Source: Candidatus Versatilivoraceae bacterium (GTDB lineage: Bacteria > Acidobacteriota > Terriglobia > Versatilivoradales > Versatilivoraceae). From it: DNA of 64,000 bases. The notes under the pieces were generated by a model. The model was not told the DNA's origin. It made no database searches and saw only the letters and a program-made list of their open reading frames with translations. Shown in pieces: positions 20,196-29,913 of this stretch (position 1 is the stretch's first letter; the number at the start of each line of letters is the position of its first letter). The position numbers and the translations under genes were made by a program. Location of the stretch: positions 330,318 through 394,317 of the forward strand of contig OZ240232.1 in NCBI GenBank assembly GCA_965197895.1, read 5' to 3'.

Positions 20196-20218
20196 CTGCA
20201 CTCTTCTCAAGAGTGCAG
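20196..20218 (-). terminator. Perfect 10-bp palindrome CTGCACTCTT-ctc-AAGAGTGCAG just downstream of the AEC transporter stop
   Basis: Seen directly in the sequence. A second long imperfect hairpin lies at 20104-20176. Confidence 0.3.
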
Positions 20219-20239
20219 CCCCCCGGTGAAGAATGCGGG

Positions 20240-21169
20240 CTAGGATGGTCGGACCAGCACCAGCACCACGGAAAGAGTCAGAATGCTGGAAAGAGTGGAG
20301 AAGAGAACCGCCCGAGAAACAAAGGAGACATTGCTGCCGAATTCTCGAGCGAATACGATTGGCATGATTGCGGTCGGCATGCTTGCTTGCAGGACGACCA
20401 CCTGTCCCAATAAGCCTCCTAAGCCTACCAGGGAAGCCACCGACCAAGCCCACAACGGTCCGACCAGCAGCCTGAGTGCGACCACACCCCAGACTTCGGA
20501 GTGTTTCAGCCGGAACGGGATGCGTCCCACTTCCATTCCAATGGTGATCAGCAACACCGGAATTCCCGCCCTGCCCAGAATGTCGATGGGTTCAAAGACC
20601 GACGTCGGCGGGGAGACTTCGAAGGCCCGGAAGAGCAGAGCCGCCACGATGGCGTAGGGAATTGGCATCCTGGCCAGCTTCCAAAGCGTCTGACCGGTCC
20701 CGTGGACGCCTCGAGCAGCCAGAAATAGCCCGCAGATATTGTGAGGCAGGGAATTGGTCGCTACCAGGACAGCAGCCAGGCGCAGCCCTTCCTCGCCAAA
20801 TGCAAACAGAACGAAAGGAAAACCCAAGGTCACAGCGTTGAAAAAGGTTGCCACCATGACGGCAGCTCCGGTTGCGGGTCCGTCCATTTGGCGGACTCTG
20901 GCGTAGAGCCAACCCAGGAAGGCCATTCCTCCCATGACCAGAAACACGAAGGTGACCACCTGGCCTGCCTGCGAAATGGTGATCTCCACCTTCATGAGAG
21001 AAGAGAAGAGCAGCGCCGGCGAGAGAATGTAAAGACATAAACGACTCAGGCTGCGGAGCTCGAAGTGCAGTACCCGGTCGGTCAGAGCCCCCAGCCCGGC
21101 AAAGAAAATGGGAGGCAGCAGGGCATCCAGGAAGGTCCGAACCACGGCAAGCAGAAAGGAGGTGATCAT
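20240..21169 (-). CDS. AEC-family (auxin efflux carrier-like) membrane transporter
   Basis: About 10 predicted TM segments and an AEC-like repeat organisation. The chosen start is MITSFLLAV.. at 21169. Confidence 0.6.
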   Translation of the reverse strand: MITSFLLAVVRTFLDALLPPIFFAGLGALTDRVLHFELRSLSRLCLYILSPALLFSSLMKVEITISQAGQVVTFVFLVMGGMAFLGWLYARVRQMDGPATGAAVMVATFFNAVTLGFPFVLFAFGEEGLRLAAVLVATNSLPHNICGLFLAARGVHGTGQTLWKLARMPIPYAIVAALLFRAFEVSPPTSVFEPIDILGRAGIPVLLITIGMEVGRIPFRLKHSEVWGVVALRLLVGPLWAWSVASLVGLGGLLGQVVVLQASMPTAIMPIVFAREFGSNVSFVSRAVLFSTLSSILTLSVVLVLVRPS

Positions 21170-21361
21170 GCAATCAACCCGTGAACTCCCCTTTTTCCCC
21201 ATCCGTCCGGCGGAGCCGGGTGTTCGCGTTTCATTCAGCGGTAAAGCTGAGGATAAGGAGCATAAGGCTGTGAGTCGCTCGTGCCCGCGGACGTTGGGAC
21301 AGAATAACCCGTCGGCTTTCCAGTGCGAGTTTGAACGGAAGTGGGATGTCAGACCGCCATC

Positions 21362-22927
21362 TTAGGGTCTCGACTTCCCGGAAGGGCTGCCAAGGGCCGC
21401 GTTTGGCCCCAGGACATAGAGCGGCCGGGCATCGGGAGAGCGCCAAACCAGCAATCGACCCTCTTGATCTCCAGCCACAACGGTCCGGCCATCGGGGCTG
21501 GCCGCCGAAATGTGGACAAAGGAGGATACACCGCTGAGGCGTCGTTCACCGAAGCGCACCATGGGATCTCCCGAACTGATCAGCAATCGGTCGCCATCGC
21601 CGATGAAGCTCAAGGAGGTGATCTCCTTCTCATAGCCGTTAATCGTCTTCTTCTGCTCGCCCGTATCAAAGTCCCAGAGCTTGATGACGTTGTCGGCGCC
21701 ACAACTGGCCAAGATCTTGCCGTCAGCTCTCCAGGCCACATCCAGGACGTGGTGGGTGTGTCCCTCAAAAGTCTTAGCCAGTTGACGGGTCTTGACGTCA
21801 AAGACTTTGGCAAAGCGGTCGGTGGATGCGGTAGCAAGATAATGCCCGTCCGGTGAAAATTCGATACCGATAATGGTGTCGCTGTGCGGGTCGGGAATCA
21901 CCCCCACCAATTCTCCACTGGCGGCATACCAGATCTTGAGTTCTCCACTCCTTGATGGGTCGCCGCTGCCGCTTGCCAGGAGTTTGCCATCAGGACTGAA
22001 CGCTAGTGCCGTAACCCGACCGATGAGCGTGGAAGGATCGTCGACCTCCCCGACCAACCGCTCCAGAGTCCAAGACACTGCCTCCTCGTCCTGTTGTGGA
22101 ATTGCCGAGCTCCGGCTGAGATCCGACTTCTGCATGCGCCAGAATTTGATCGTCCTGTAGCCTCCCGAAACCAGGAGTTGGCCGTTGGGGCTAAAGGCCA
22201 GCGAGTGAACCATGTCGCGATGGCTGACGCCCGATTCTCCGTAGAGGCCGGTCCGCGTCAGGACCGGGTCGACGAGGCGCGCCACCAATTGGCCGGAGGC
22301 CAGGTGATAGACAAGTATCCGGTTGGAGCGGCCACAGGCAGCGTACTGGCCATCGGGACTAATGGCTGCACTATAAATAGGAGTCAAAGCGCCTGAAACA
22401 GCTTGCCAGTCCAGCGAAGGAGAGACTCCGGTTGGATGGCTTTCGCGTGCACCCTGGTCGATCCACAGCTTCAGTAGACCTAGCTCTTCAGAATTCAAAG
22501 GCACCGCCTCAGCCGCGTTTCCATCGGGCGGCATGAAGGGTTGGCGAAGATGGGCTGCCACCTGGAGCAGAAGACTGTCTGTACTATTGCCCGGAACGAC
22601 CAGAGGTTCCTGTCGTTTGCCGGCGAGAATCTGTTGCCGGTCTTCCAGAACAACGTTTCCCAGAGCCAGGCTCCTGCTGTGGCAGGCCAGGCATTTGGCC
22701 TGAAAAATCGGAAGGAGGTCCTTGTCGAAGTTAACCGGTTCCTGCCGTTTCACTACCGCGATCGGAATCGGTCCGCCTTGACTCTCGTCCTGGGTTTGCT
22801 GAGCCTGTATCGAGGCATAACCCGTGATTAGAAAAAGAGTCAGCCAATGGATCACCGGTTGTTTGCGAATAGACGGGCATTGTCGGTAACGTTGAGGGAA
22901 GCGGAGGGGCTTGGGTAACGATTTCAT
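21362..22927 (-). CDS. PSCyt1 (planctomycete cytochrome-c-like, CLACHS motif) + WD40 beta-propeller protein
   Basis: LLPIFQAKCLACHS is the PSCyt1 signature. Multiple WD40 repeats follow (LAFSPDGKLLASGSGD, IEFSPDGHYLATAS..). It overlaps the upstream 938-aa gene by 4 bp. Confidence 0.7.
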   Translation of the reverse strand: MKSLPKPLRFPQRYRQCPSIRKQPVIHWLTLFLITGYASIQAQQTQDESQGGPIPIAVVKRQEPVNFDKDLLPIFQAKCLACHSRSLALGNVVLEDRQQILAGKRQEPLVVPGNSTDSLLLQVAAHLRQPFMPPDGNAAEAVPLNSEELGLLKLWIDQGARESHPTGVSPSLDWQAVSGALTPIYSAAISPDGQYAACGRSNRILVYHLASGQLVARLVDPVLTRTGLYGESGVSHRDMVHSLAFSPNGQLLVSGGYRTIKFWRMQKSDLSRSSAIPQQDEEAVSWTLERLVGEVDDPSTLIGRVTALAFSPDGKLLASGSGDPSRSGELKIWYAASGELVGVIPDPHSDTIIGIEFSPDGHYLATASTDRFAKVFDVKTRQLAKTFEGHTHHVLDVAWRADGKILASCGADNVIKLWDFDTGEQKKTINGYEKEITSLSFIGDGDRLLISSGDPMVRFGERRLSGVSSFVHISAASPDGRTVVAGDQEGRLLVWRSPDARPLYVLGPNAALGSPSGKSRP

Positions 22928-25740
22928 GGTCGGCGCTTGAGTGAGGTCTTTCGGTGCTGGGACTCTTGGCGGGGAAGCACTCGGATTGTCAGGGGCTCTT
23001 CGACCTGAATGTCGCTCTCATTCAATTGAAGCTTGGCCTCAAGCTTGAGTTGATAGTCGCCGGGTTCCAGATCAGGAGAGAGTTGGACGAGCAGTGCAGT
23101 CGTTGTTTGACTTTCCGGAATGGTTACCGGCTCTGCTTGAATCCCTGTGAAATGAGCGGGAATTTTTAGACTGATCTCGACGGGACCGGTGTATTTGAAC
23201 AAGCGCTCGATAGACACAGGGAATTCCAGATTGGCTCCTGGCTGAGACAGCTGCGGCAGCTCCTGACCTGCAACGATGATAGGTGCCGGATGGATGGTAA
23301 GATCCAGAGCTCGGGAGTGAGCTGCCATCCTGACTTTTCGAGGCGTTGCTTTGGAAATCGCCTCTCGCAAGCGTTTCTCGGCTCCCCTTCGCGCCCTCTC
23401 GGCTGCCTGGGCTTGAGCGGCCCATTCGGCCCGGGATTCAGGAGAAGCCTCACCAGCCTCAGCCATTTGTCTAGCCATGATCATTTGCTGTTTGGCCCGT
23501 TGTTCCAGTCGGACCGTTTCTTGATGGGTCTGCACCACCTCTTCGGGTTGGCTTCGATAGGTGATCTGACTCAATGCCACAGTGGAGAAGGTATACTTCC
23601 CAGGCTTGAACTGGTTTCCCCGACTCTTCACCTGGTAACTCAGCGTTCCCTCGCTGCTCTTGTCGTCAAGAACGAGTTTGGTGGTGGTCTCCCTCAGCCC
23701 GGCAAGCGTCCCCAGCCGCAGCCGCAGCTCCCCTGGTAGAAGGGAGCGATTGGTGAGTTTGAAGGGGATCTCCAGGTTTCCTTCCAGAGGGACGTCCCAC
23801 TCTTGCTTCTCGATCAGGAACCCCGGAAGCTGCGGTGCCACTTCGCTCTGGCTCACAGCCAGAGTCCGGTTTCGGATGACGCGAGAGTGGCCGTCCCCCA
23901 ATCGCAGGGAGCCGGAATTCCAGATCAGGGAGCCGTATTGCGCCTCCCGCTCAACCACCCTGCCGTCGACTCTTGCCCTGCCGATCACCTGAACAGAACC
24001 GGTCCAACCCGCAGCCTCTCGAGAAGCCTCGAAGAACAAGTAGGTCCCATTGCTGTTTGCAGGGATCGTTGCCCCGGGAAAGCGGATCCCGGGTGGCAAT
24101 CCCTTGACCTCCAGCGCGATTTCGCCGGTGAACCCGTCGCGCCGTATCGCCAGGACGTTCATGCGTGTTTTTCCACCCAATCGCAGCAGGGGTTCCCAAA
24201 TGATACCGTCGTCGTTGGAGCCGCCGGGATCATCGGTAACCACCAGCAGACGGAAGTCCGGTTGGGACTGGCGAATCGACAGTCGGTAGAGATGAGATGG
24301 CCGGCTTCGCCGGGTGGCGGCCAAATCGTGAATCTTGAGACGATAGATGCCGTCCTGCGCAACCTTGAATTGGAAGAAAGGATCACGGCTGCCGGTGTTG
24401 TATCGCCGGTCGCCCAGATAAGAGCCGTCATCATCCGATGCCACCACCAACTCGGTCTGCTCCTGGCCCTGTCCATCAACGGATAATCGTTGAAGGAGAA
24501 CCACGGGATCGGTGGGTAGACCCAGCCGGTGGGAGAACACTTCAATCCAGTAGCTGTTGCCTTTCTTGGCCTGGAAGGTAATCCAGTCCTGGTCTTTCTG
24601 AGGGAAAAACCGACCGTTGATTTCACAGGGAAGGGATACCTTCTGGGCCAAGTGCGGCTGGTTGTTGGGTTCCAGTTCCTGGATCACGGGAGCCGTTGCA
24701 AAACCAAGACTCACGGAATTGGAAATTCCGTCAGGCGCGCTCATTCGATAGTCGATTCCCCCCACCACGATTTGCCTGAGTTCCAGAAAGGAATTGGAGG
24801 GCAGGAGGTGCGAGTCCCGGGGAAGGGCAATCTCGACCGGCTTTTCCTCCAGAGGTACCCCCTGGGCATTCAGTACAGAGGAGATTTTGCCGCCCGGCAG
24901 GTTTTGTCCATAAATCATATATTTCTGGTGACTTCCCGCAAGACCGGCCGGAGGAAAGATGTATTCGATGTGAGGTTGGGTTCCAACCGATAAGCGATAG
25001 GCATATTCCGGACCGCCTCGATAGAGGAAGTCGTAGATCTTGACAATGTAGTGTCCATTGGCCGGCACTAGGAAGTCCAAGAATGGATCGAGCCGGTGAG
25101 TATCTCGATCGCTCTGGAGTTCTTGCCCTGAGGCGTCGTAGAGGACGAGGGTCGCGTCCATCTTGGAGTCGAGCCGTTGAGCCGAGACGTGGATGGTGAC
25201 ACGCTGTCCTTGCTTGGCCTCGAATTTGAAAAAGTCAGCGGCACCCTCATCGCTGTGTCCATTCACGGTGACTCCCAGAGGAATCGATGTGGCCTGGGTA
25301 AATGCGTGATTGTCGGCCTCCGAAACGATCTCTTCCCGGTCCCCGACCCGGAAGGCTCGAGCGTTGGAGACTCCATAGCGACCGACCATCCGAAGCTCAT
25401 AGACACCCGGGGAAACATCGGGGGCAATGGAAACGGTGAATTTTCCCGGGATGGGCTGAGGGTGTGGCTGAAGCGGCGAGGTCTCACCCATGAGCGGTGA
25501 GCTTGTGATGCCCGGATGGGAGAAGAAGAGACGATCGACACCATCCATATTATTGCCTGTCACGGTGACCTGAACGGCTGAGGCTTGCTTCCCTCCCAGC
25601 GGAAATGCCGTCATCAACCGCAGGAAGGGCAGTTGGGCCCAGGCCGGTGGGGTGGCGATCAACCAAAGGACTGCCGCTGTGGATAACAGGAACACCCTCG
25701 CACGGTGGTTCTCTGAAAGGTCTGAAGGCTTTGAATTCAT
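22924..25740 (-). CDS. Large secreted protein with PPC (pre-peptidase C-terminal)-like beta-sandwich domains and a C-terminal coiled-coil
   Basis: Signal peptide present. Two PPC-like modules are recognisable (EADNHAFTQATSIPLGVTVNGH..ADFFKFEAKQGQRVTI and EPNNQPHLAQKVSLPCEINGRF..DQDWITFQAKKGNSYWIEV). The C-terminus is Ala/Glu/Arg-rich. Confidence 0.55.
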   Translation of the reverse strand: MNSKPSDLSENHRARVFLLSTAAVLWLIATPPAWAQLPFLRLMTAFPLGGKQASAVQVTVTGNNMDGVDRLFFSHPGITSSPLMGETSPLQPHPQPIPGKFTVSIAPDVSPGVYELRMVGRYGVSNARAFRVGDREEIVSEADNHAFTQATSIPLGVTVNGHSDEGAADFFKFEAKQGQRVTIHVSAQRLDSKMDATLVLYDASGQELQSDRDTHRLDPFLDFLVPANGHYIVKIYDFLYRGGPEYAYRLSVGTQPHIEYIFPPAGLAGSHQKYMIYGQNLPGGKISSVLNAQGVPLEEKPVEIALPRDSHLLPSNSFLELRQIVVGGIDYRMSAPDGISNSVSLGFATAPVIQELEPNNQPHLAQKVSLPCEINGRFFPQKDQDWITFQAKKGNSYWIEVFSHRLGLPTDPVVLLQRLSVDGQGQEQTELVVASDDDGSYLGDRRYNTGSRDPFFQFKVAQDGIYRLKIHDLAATRRSRPSHLYRLSIRQSQPDFRLLVVTDDPGGSNDDGIIWEPLLRLGGKTRMNVLAIRRDGFTGEIALEVKGLPPGIRFPGATIPANSNGTYLFFEASREAAGWTGSVQVIGRARVDGRVVEREAQYGSLIWNSGSLRLGDGHSRVIRNRTLAVSQSEVAPQLPGFLIEKQEWDVPLEGNLEIPFKLTNRSLLPGELRLRLGTLAGLRETTTKLVLDDKSSEGTLSYQVKSRGNQFKPGKYTFSTVALSQITYRSQPEEVVQTHQETVRLEQRAKQQMIMARQMAEAGEASPESRAEWAAQAQAAERARRGAEKRLREAISKATPRKVRMAAHSRALDLTIHPAPIIVAGQELPQLSQPGANLEFPVSIERLFKYTGPVEISLKIPAHFTGIQAEPVTIPESQTTTALLVQLSPDLEPGDYQLKLEAKLQLNESDIQVEEPLTIRVLPRQESQHRKTSLKRRP

Positions 25741-25898
25741 GAAGGTATCTCCGACCCCGGATACCGGAAGATCAACATCAATCGGACCTGGGGAAACCCG
25801 AATGCAGATCCGAAGTCCGGGCAGTCATACCCGGCTCGAGACATTCAAGCGTTCAGCCACACCGTCAAGAGTCTCGGATCTGAGCTGCAGAAAATGGC

Positions 25899-28448
25899 TC
25901 AATGGTTAAAAAGGAACTCTTTAGTGTTGAGCAAAGCCCAGAGGGTGTCTTGATAGGCCTCTTCCAACGGCTTCTGGGAGGCTGTGGTGCCGGCCGAAGC
26001 GTGAACCTTCTGTCGTATGTAGCCCAACGCCATCTTCATCTCTTCGCCGTCAGGCCGGCGTGAAAGAGCCCATAAGTAGAGCTCTCGGATTTTCTCCTCG
26101 TCAGTCAGGTTGGAATTATTGGCCAAACGGACAGCCCGTCCCTGCCGACTGCTGACCTTTTCATGGATTTTCCGAGAATTCAATAGATGGAGGCTCTGGG
26201 CCAGGTTGGCGTCGTGAGTTCGCTCAGACTCCGAGGCGCTGGCATTGTTGGGTCGACCGAACAGCGCCAGGAAGTAAGATTGGGCGTTGAAGCTGTCGTC
26301 GGGCAGTTGCATGGCTCTCGTGCCGCTAGGCTGTCCGGGGAAGACGGTCTGCACATCGGTGACCTGGTCGATGGCGTCCAGCAAGACTTCAGCCGTCAAT
26401 CGTTTGGGGTAGTACCGCGAAAAGTTCTGACTGTCATCGGAATTGTGACGATTGGGATAGGAACTGAGTTGATAGGTTCTTGACTGACAAATCGTTCGTA
26501 TCAGCTCCTTGAGGTCATGTCCGCCGTCGATGAATTGATGAGCCAGCGCGTCGAGAAGTTCCGGGTTGGTGGGAGGGTTGGTTCCTCGCATGTCGTCTTC
26601 GGGTTCCACCAGCCCGCGTCCCATGAAATGCTTCCAATAGCGGTTCACCAGCATGCGGGCAAAGAAAGGGTTGTCTTTGTCGGCCATCCAATTGGCCAGG
26701 ACATGGCGTGGGTCTTGCTCAGGCGGGATGTCGAAGGCTGCCGTGCCCAGCCCGGTGGGCCTCACCGGGAGCTTGGTCCTGGGATTGATGGCCACAGCCG
26801 TTCCGCGATCGTGAAAAATCACTTCCTCCCCGGATTGAGTTCCCGGCTTGCGAGCCAGGCGAGAGAAGAATGCGGCAAAACCGTAGTAGTCCTGCTGGCT
26901 CCAGCGTTCGAAAGGATGGTGGTGACAACGAGCACACTGCAGCCGAACACCCAAAAAGATCTGGGCGGCGTCTTGAACTTGATCTTCGATGCTCTTGACC
27001 TCGCGATACCAAGTCACGGCCGGGTTACGGCCCATTTCTCCGGAAGCCGCGACAATCTCTCGCATCCACTGGTCATAAGGTTTGTTTTCATAAAGGTTTT
27101 GACGGATCCAGGAATGGAACAGAAAATTGCCGCGCGTGGACCGCTCGTCGCGGTGTTTATTGCGAAGGATGGCATTCCATTTGTTGGCAAAGTAGTCTGC
27201 GTACTCGGGACTTGCCAGCAGCGAGTCGATCCATTTTTTGCGCTTGCCGGGGTCCGAGTCTGCCAGGAAGCTCCTGGCCTGGGTTGGCGTGGGTAGACGA
27301 CCGGTTATGTCGATTGCGGTTCGGCGGAGAAAGGTTGCGTCGTCACAGGGTCGGGAGGTTGGCAGTTCGAGAGTTCGCAGTTTGCTGAGCACCCATTGGT
27401 CAATGAAGCCACCGCCGGAGAGCCCTTCTTGCACCGGCCCACCGTAGGGAATTGTGACCCGAAAGACCGCCACCTGATCCTGAAATCGGACCATGACTGC
27501 TGACTGACCGGCCTGTTCCCCAACTCTCACCAAACCCGTAGGGCTCACCTCTGCCATGTCCTTCTGATTGGATTCGTACTGGCCGAGACGTGTCACATCT
27601 TTGCTGGAACCGTCAGAATAGGTGGCCGTCACCAGGAGCTGCTGCTCTTGGTTGCGAGACATGAGCCGATGGGTCGGGAGAACCTGGATCCCCACTACCC
27701 TGGCGTCATTGGGCTCGCCGTAGGGCATGCCTTGCCTGATCCAGCGAGAAAGCAGCTCGAAAGCCGGCGAATCTCTGTCGACCCGCAGCCCGCCACCGTG
27801 AGGTACCATGGCCGTGGCCTTGAGCAGGAGCAGGCTCTGCTCGGGAGCGGCCGGAAAAAGTCGTCGTCCTCGACCCTCAATGACCAGATACTCGAAATCT
27901 TCCTGGGGCTCGAAGCCTAACAGCGACAACCTGAATCCATTCTGACCCGACGCCTTGCCGTGACAACCGCCACTGTTGCATCCCGATTTGGTGAAGATCG
28001 GGACAATCTCGTTGGGGAAATTAACGCGCCTCGATTGACCGATCTCCCGAACGGAAAGCTTGGTGCTGGAGGAAAACCCGTGAGCAAACGTGGCCGTGAC
28101 CCGGATGGACCCGTTGGATAACGGTGTCGCAAAGCCGGTCTCATCGATCGAGACAATACCTGAAGGCCGTGATTGGTAATCGACCAGGCGGGTGTAGTCC
28201 TTCAGCCGTCCGTCGCGCAAGCGTCCGGTCACCAAGAGCTGCTGTCTGGCCTCCAGTCCCAGCAACAAGGCCCCTGCTTCCGGATCGCCCAAACTTGGCC
28301 GACCGGTCTCGATGGTCAATTCGATCAGAGGGTTGGCTTCCGAGGTGTCTGTCGGCTGGGAGGTCTCACTCCATGCGGTTCCGACCCGCAGAAGCGAGAC
28401 CAATGCCAGGCTGGTTACCCCCATAAGGGTGGATCGAGGGAAAGTCAC
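25899..28448 (-). CDS. PSCyt2/DUF1549/DUF1553 protein with Big_2 Ig-like domains
   Basis: SGCNSGGCHGKASGQNGFRLSLLGFEP matches PSCyt2, DDATFLRRTAIDITGRLPT matches DUF1549, and LGVRLQCARCHHHPFERWSQQDYYGFAAFF matches DUF1553. A signal peptide is present. Confidence 0.75.
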   Translation of the reverse strand: MTFPRSTLMGVTSLALVSLLRVGTAWSETSQPTDTSEANPLIELTIETGRPSLGDPEAGALLLGLEARQQLLVTGRLRDGRLKDYTRLVDYQSRPSGIVSIDETGFATPLSNGSIRVTATFAHGFSSSTKLSVREIGQSRRVNFPNEIVPIFTKSGCNSGGCHGKASGQNGFRLSLLGFEPQEDFEYLVIEGRGRRLFPAAPEQSLLLLKATAMVPHGGGLRVDRDSPAFELLSRWIRQGMPYGEPNDARVVGIQVLPTHRLMSRNQEQQLLVTATYSDGSSKDVTRLGQYESNQKDMAEVSPTGLVRVGEQAGQSAVMVRFQDQVAVFRVTIPYGGPVQEGLSGGGFIDQWVLSKLRTLELPTSRPCDDATFLRRTAIDITGRLPTPTQARSFLADSDPGKRKKWIDSLLASPEYADYFANKWNAILRNKHRDERSTRGNFLFHSWIRQNLYENKPYDQWMREIVAASGEMGRNPAVTWYREVKSIEDQVQDAAQIFLGVRLQCARCHHHPFERWSQQDYYGFAAFFSRLARKPGTQSGEEVIFHDRGTAVAINPRTKLPVRPTGLGTAAFDIPPEQDPRHVLANWMADKDNPFFARMLVNRYWKHFMGRGLVEPEDDMRGTNPPTNPELLDALAHQFIDGGHDLKELIRTICQSRTYQLSSYPNRHNSDDSQNFSRYYPKRLTAEVLLDAIDQVTDVQTVFPGQPSGTRAMQLPDDSFNAQSYFLALFGRPNNASASESERTHDANLAQSLHLLNSRKIHEKVSSRQGRAVRLANNSNLTDEEKIRELYLWALSRRPDGEEMKMALGYIRQKVHASAGTTASQKPLEEAYQDTLWALLNTKEFLFNH

Positions 28449-28470
28449 GATCGCTAACCTACCTTTGCGT

Positions 28471-29811
28471 TCAAAGGACTTCCGGCATTGGCAGATGGCC
28501 GTCGACCAGATAATGGGGGCGGTCGGCTAGATCGGTAAGCTGGGTCTTGTTGGCGTCAATGCCGAGATTATGGTAGAGGGTGGCAAAGACTTCCTGAACG
28601 TGGACCGGCCTTTCTTTTGGTTCTTCGCCCAGACGATTGGTGGAACCGATGGCCTGTCCGGTTCGCATGCCGCCGCCGGCCATCAGCGCACAGGAGTTGC
28701 GGGGCCAGTGGTCACGACCGGCATCCTTGTTGATTTTGGGGGTGCGGCCAAACTCGCCCCAGGCGATCACCGAAACCTCTTTGTCAAGTCCGCGTTGATG
28801 GAGGTCTTCCACCAGGGCACTGACTCCTTGGTCGAAGGCGGGCAAGTAGTAACGGCCGTTCTTGAAATTGGTGCTGTGCCAATCCCAGTAGCCGAAGCTT
28901 ACCGTCACGCAACGGACACCGGCTTCCACCAGACGGCGAGCCACCAAGAATTGATCCATGTGCATCGGAGCCGCGTCGCGTTCCGGCTTGGGTGAGCCTC
29001 TGCCATAGCGGTCACGAAGCCGGGGCCTTTCTTGCTCGACATCCAAGGCCTTCAACAGCCGGCTGGAGGTCAAGACATCGAAGGCCTGCTCATGGAAGCT
29101 GTCCAAACCTTTCATCAAGCCGCTTCGGTCAACATCGCGTCGGAATCGATCGAAGCTCTGCAGGAGCTGCCTGCGATCCGCCAGCCTTTCCAGGCTGATC
29201 CCGTTCAGGGTCATGTCGTTTCGGATGTCTCCGAGCGGTTTGAAGGGAGTGTGGGCCACGCCCAGGAAGCTGGGACGACCAAAGTTGTAATCTCCATGGC
29301 GCGACTTGTGCGAAAGATTGACGTAAGGCGGGATCGCTGCGTCGGTGGGACCCTTCAGCTTGGAAAGTACCGATCCCAGTTCGGGCCAACCCCCCGGAGG
29401 AGGACTACCCCTGCGCCCGCTCACGCGCCCGCTCACGCACTGGTAAGAAGAGTGGGAATTCTCGGCTCCGACCACTGTCCGCACCAGCACCAGCTTGTCC
29501 ATGGTTTTGGCTAGGTGAGGAAGGTGCTCACAGATATGGATTCCCGGGACGTTGGTCTTGATGGGCTGGAACTCACCCCGGATTTCCGAGGGGGCATCGG
29601 CCTTGATTTCGTACATATCCTGGTGCGGGGGGCCTCCAGGCATGTAAATCATAATGATGGCCTTGTCGGACTTACCGAGGCCGGACTGCTTTTCTGCCCG
29701 TAGCAATTGGGGCATGGTCAGCCCACCCATTCCCAGAGCACCGATCTGGATAAAGTTTCGCCGCGACATCCCGTCGCACATCCGGTGGTGTGGTCCGTTG
29801 ATGGTAAGCAT
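28471..29811 (-). CDS. DUF1501 (sulfatase-like) protein with Tat signal
   Basis: RRNFIQIGALGMGGL is a twin-arginine signal. The rest has DUF1501 architecture. It sits 23 bp upstream of its usual DUF1553 partner. Confidence 0.8.
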   Translation of the reverse strand: MLTINGPHHRMCDGMSRRNFIQIGALGMGGLTMPQLLRAEKQSGLGKSDKAIIMIYMPGGPPHQDMYEIKADAPSEIRGEFQPIKTNVPGIHICEHLPHLAKTMDKLVLVRTVVGAENSHSSYQCVSGRVSGRRGSPPPGGWPELGSVLSKLKGPTDAAIPPYVNLSHKSRHGDYNFGRPSFLGVAHTPFKPLGDIRNDMTLNGISLERLADRRQLLQSFDRFRRDVDRSGLMKGLDSFHEQAFDVLTSSRLLKALDVEQERPRLRDRYGRGSPKPERDAAPMHMDQFLVARRLVEAGVRCVTVSFGYWDWHSTNFKNGRYYLPAFDQGVSALVEDLHQRGLDKEVSVIAWGEFGRTPKINKDAGRDHWPRNSCALMAGGGMRTGQAIGSTNRLGEEPKERPVHVQEVFATLYHNLGIDANKTQLTDLADRPHYLVDGHLPMPEVL

Positions 29812-29913
29812 GGTTCCCAGCCTCCTCCCAATACGACTGCCTGATGCAAACCATTGAATGAGCGATCCATTAAGTTACCACTTAAGAGTCGGGAGTGTAA
29901 ACACTGATCGCTG

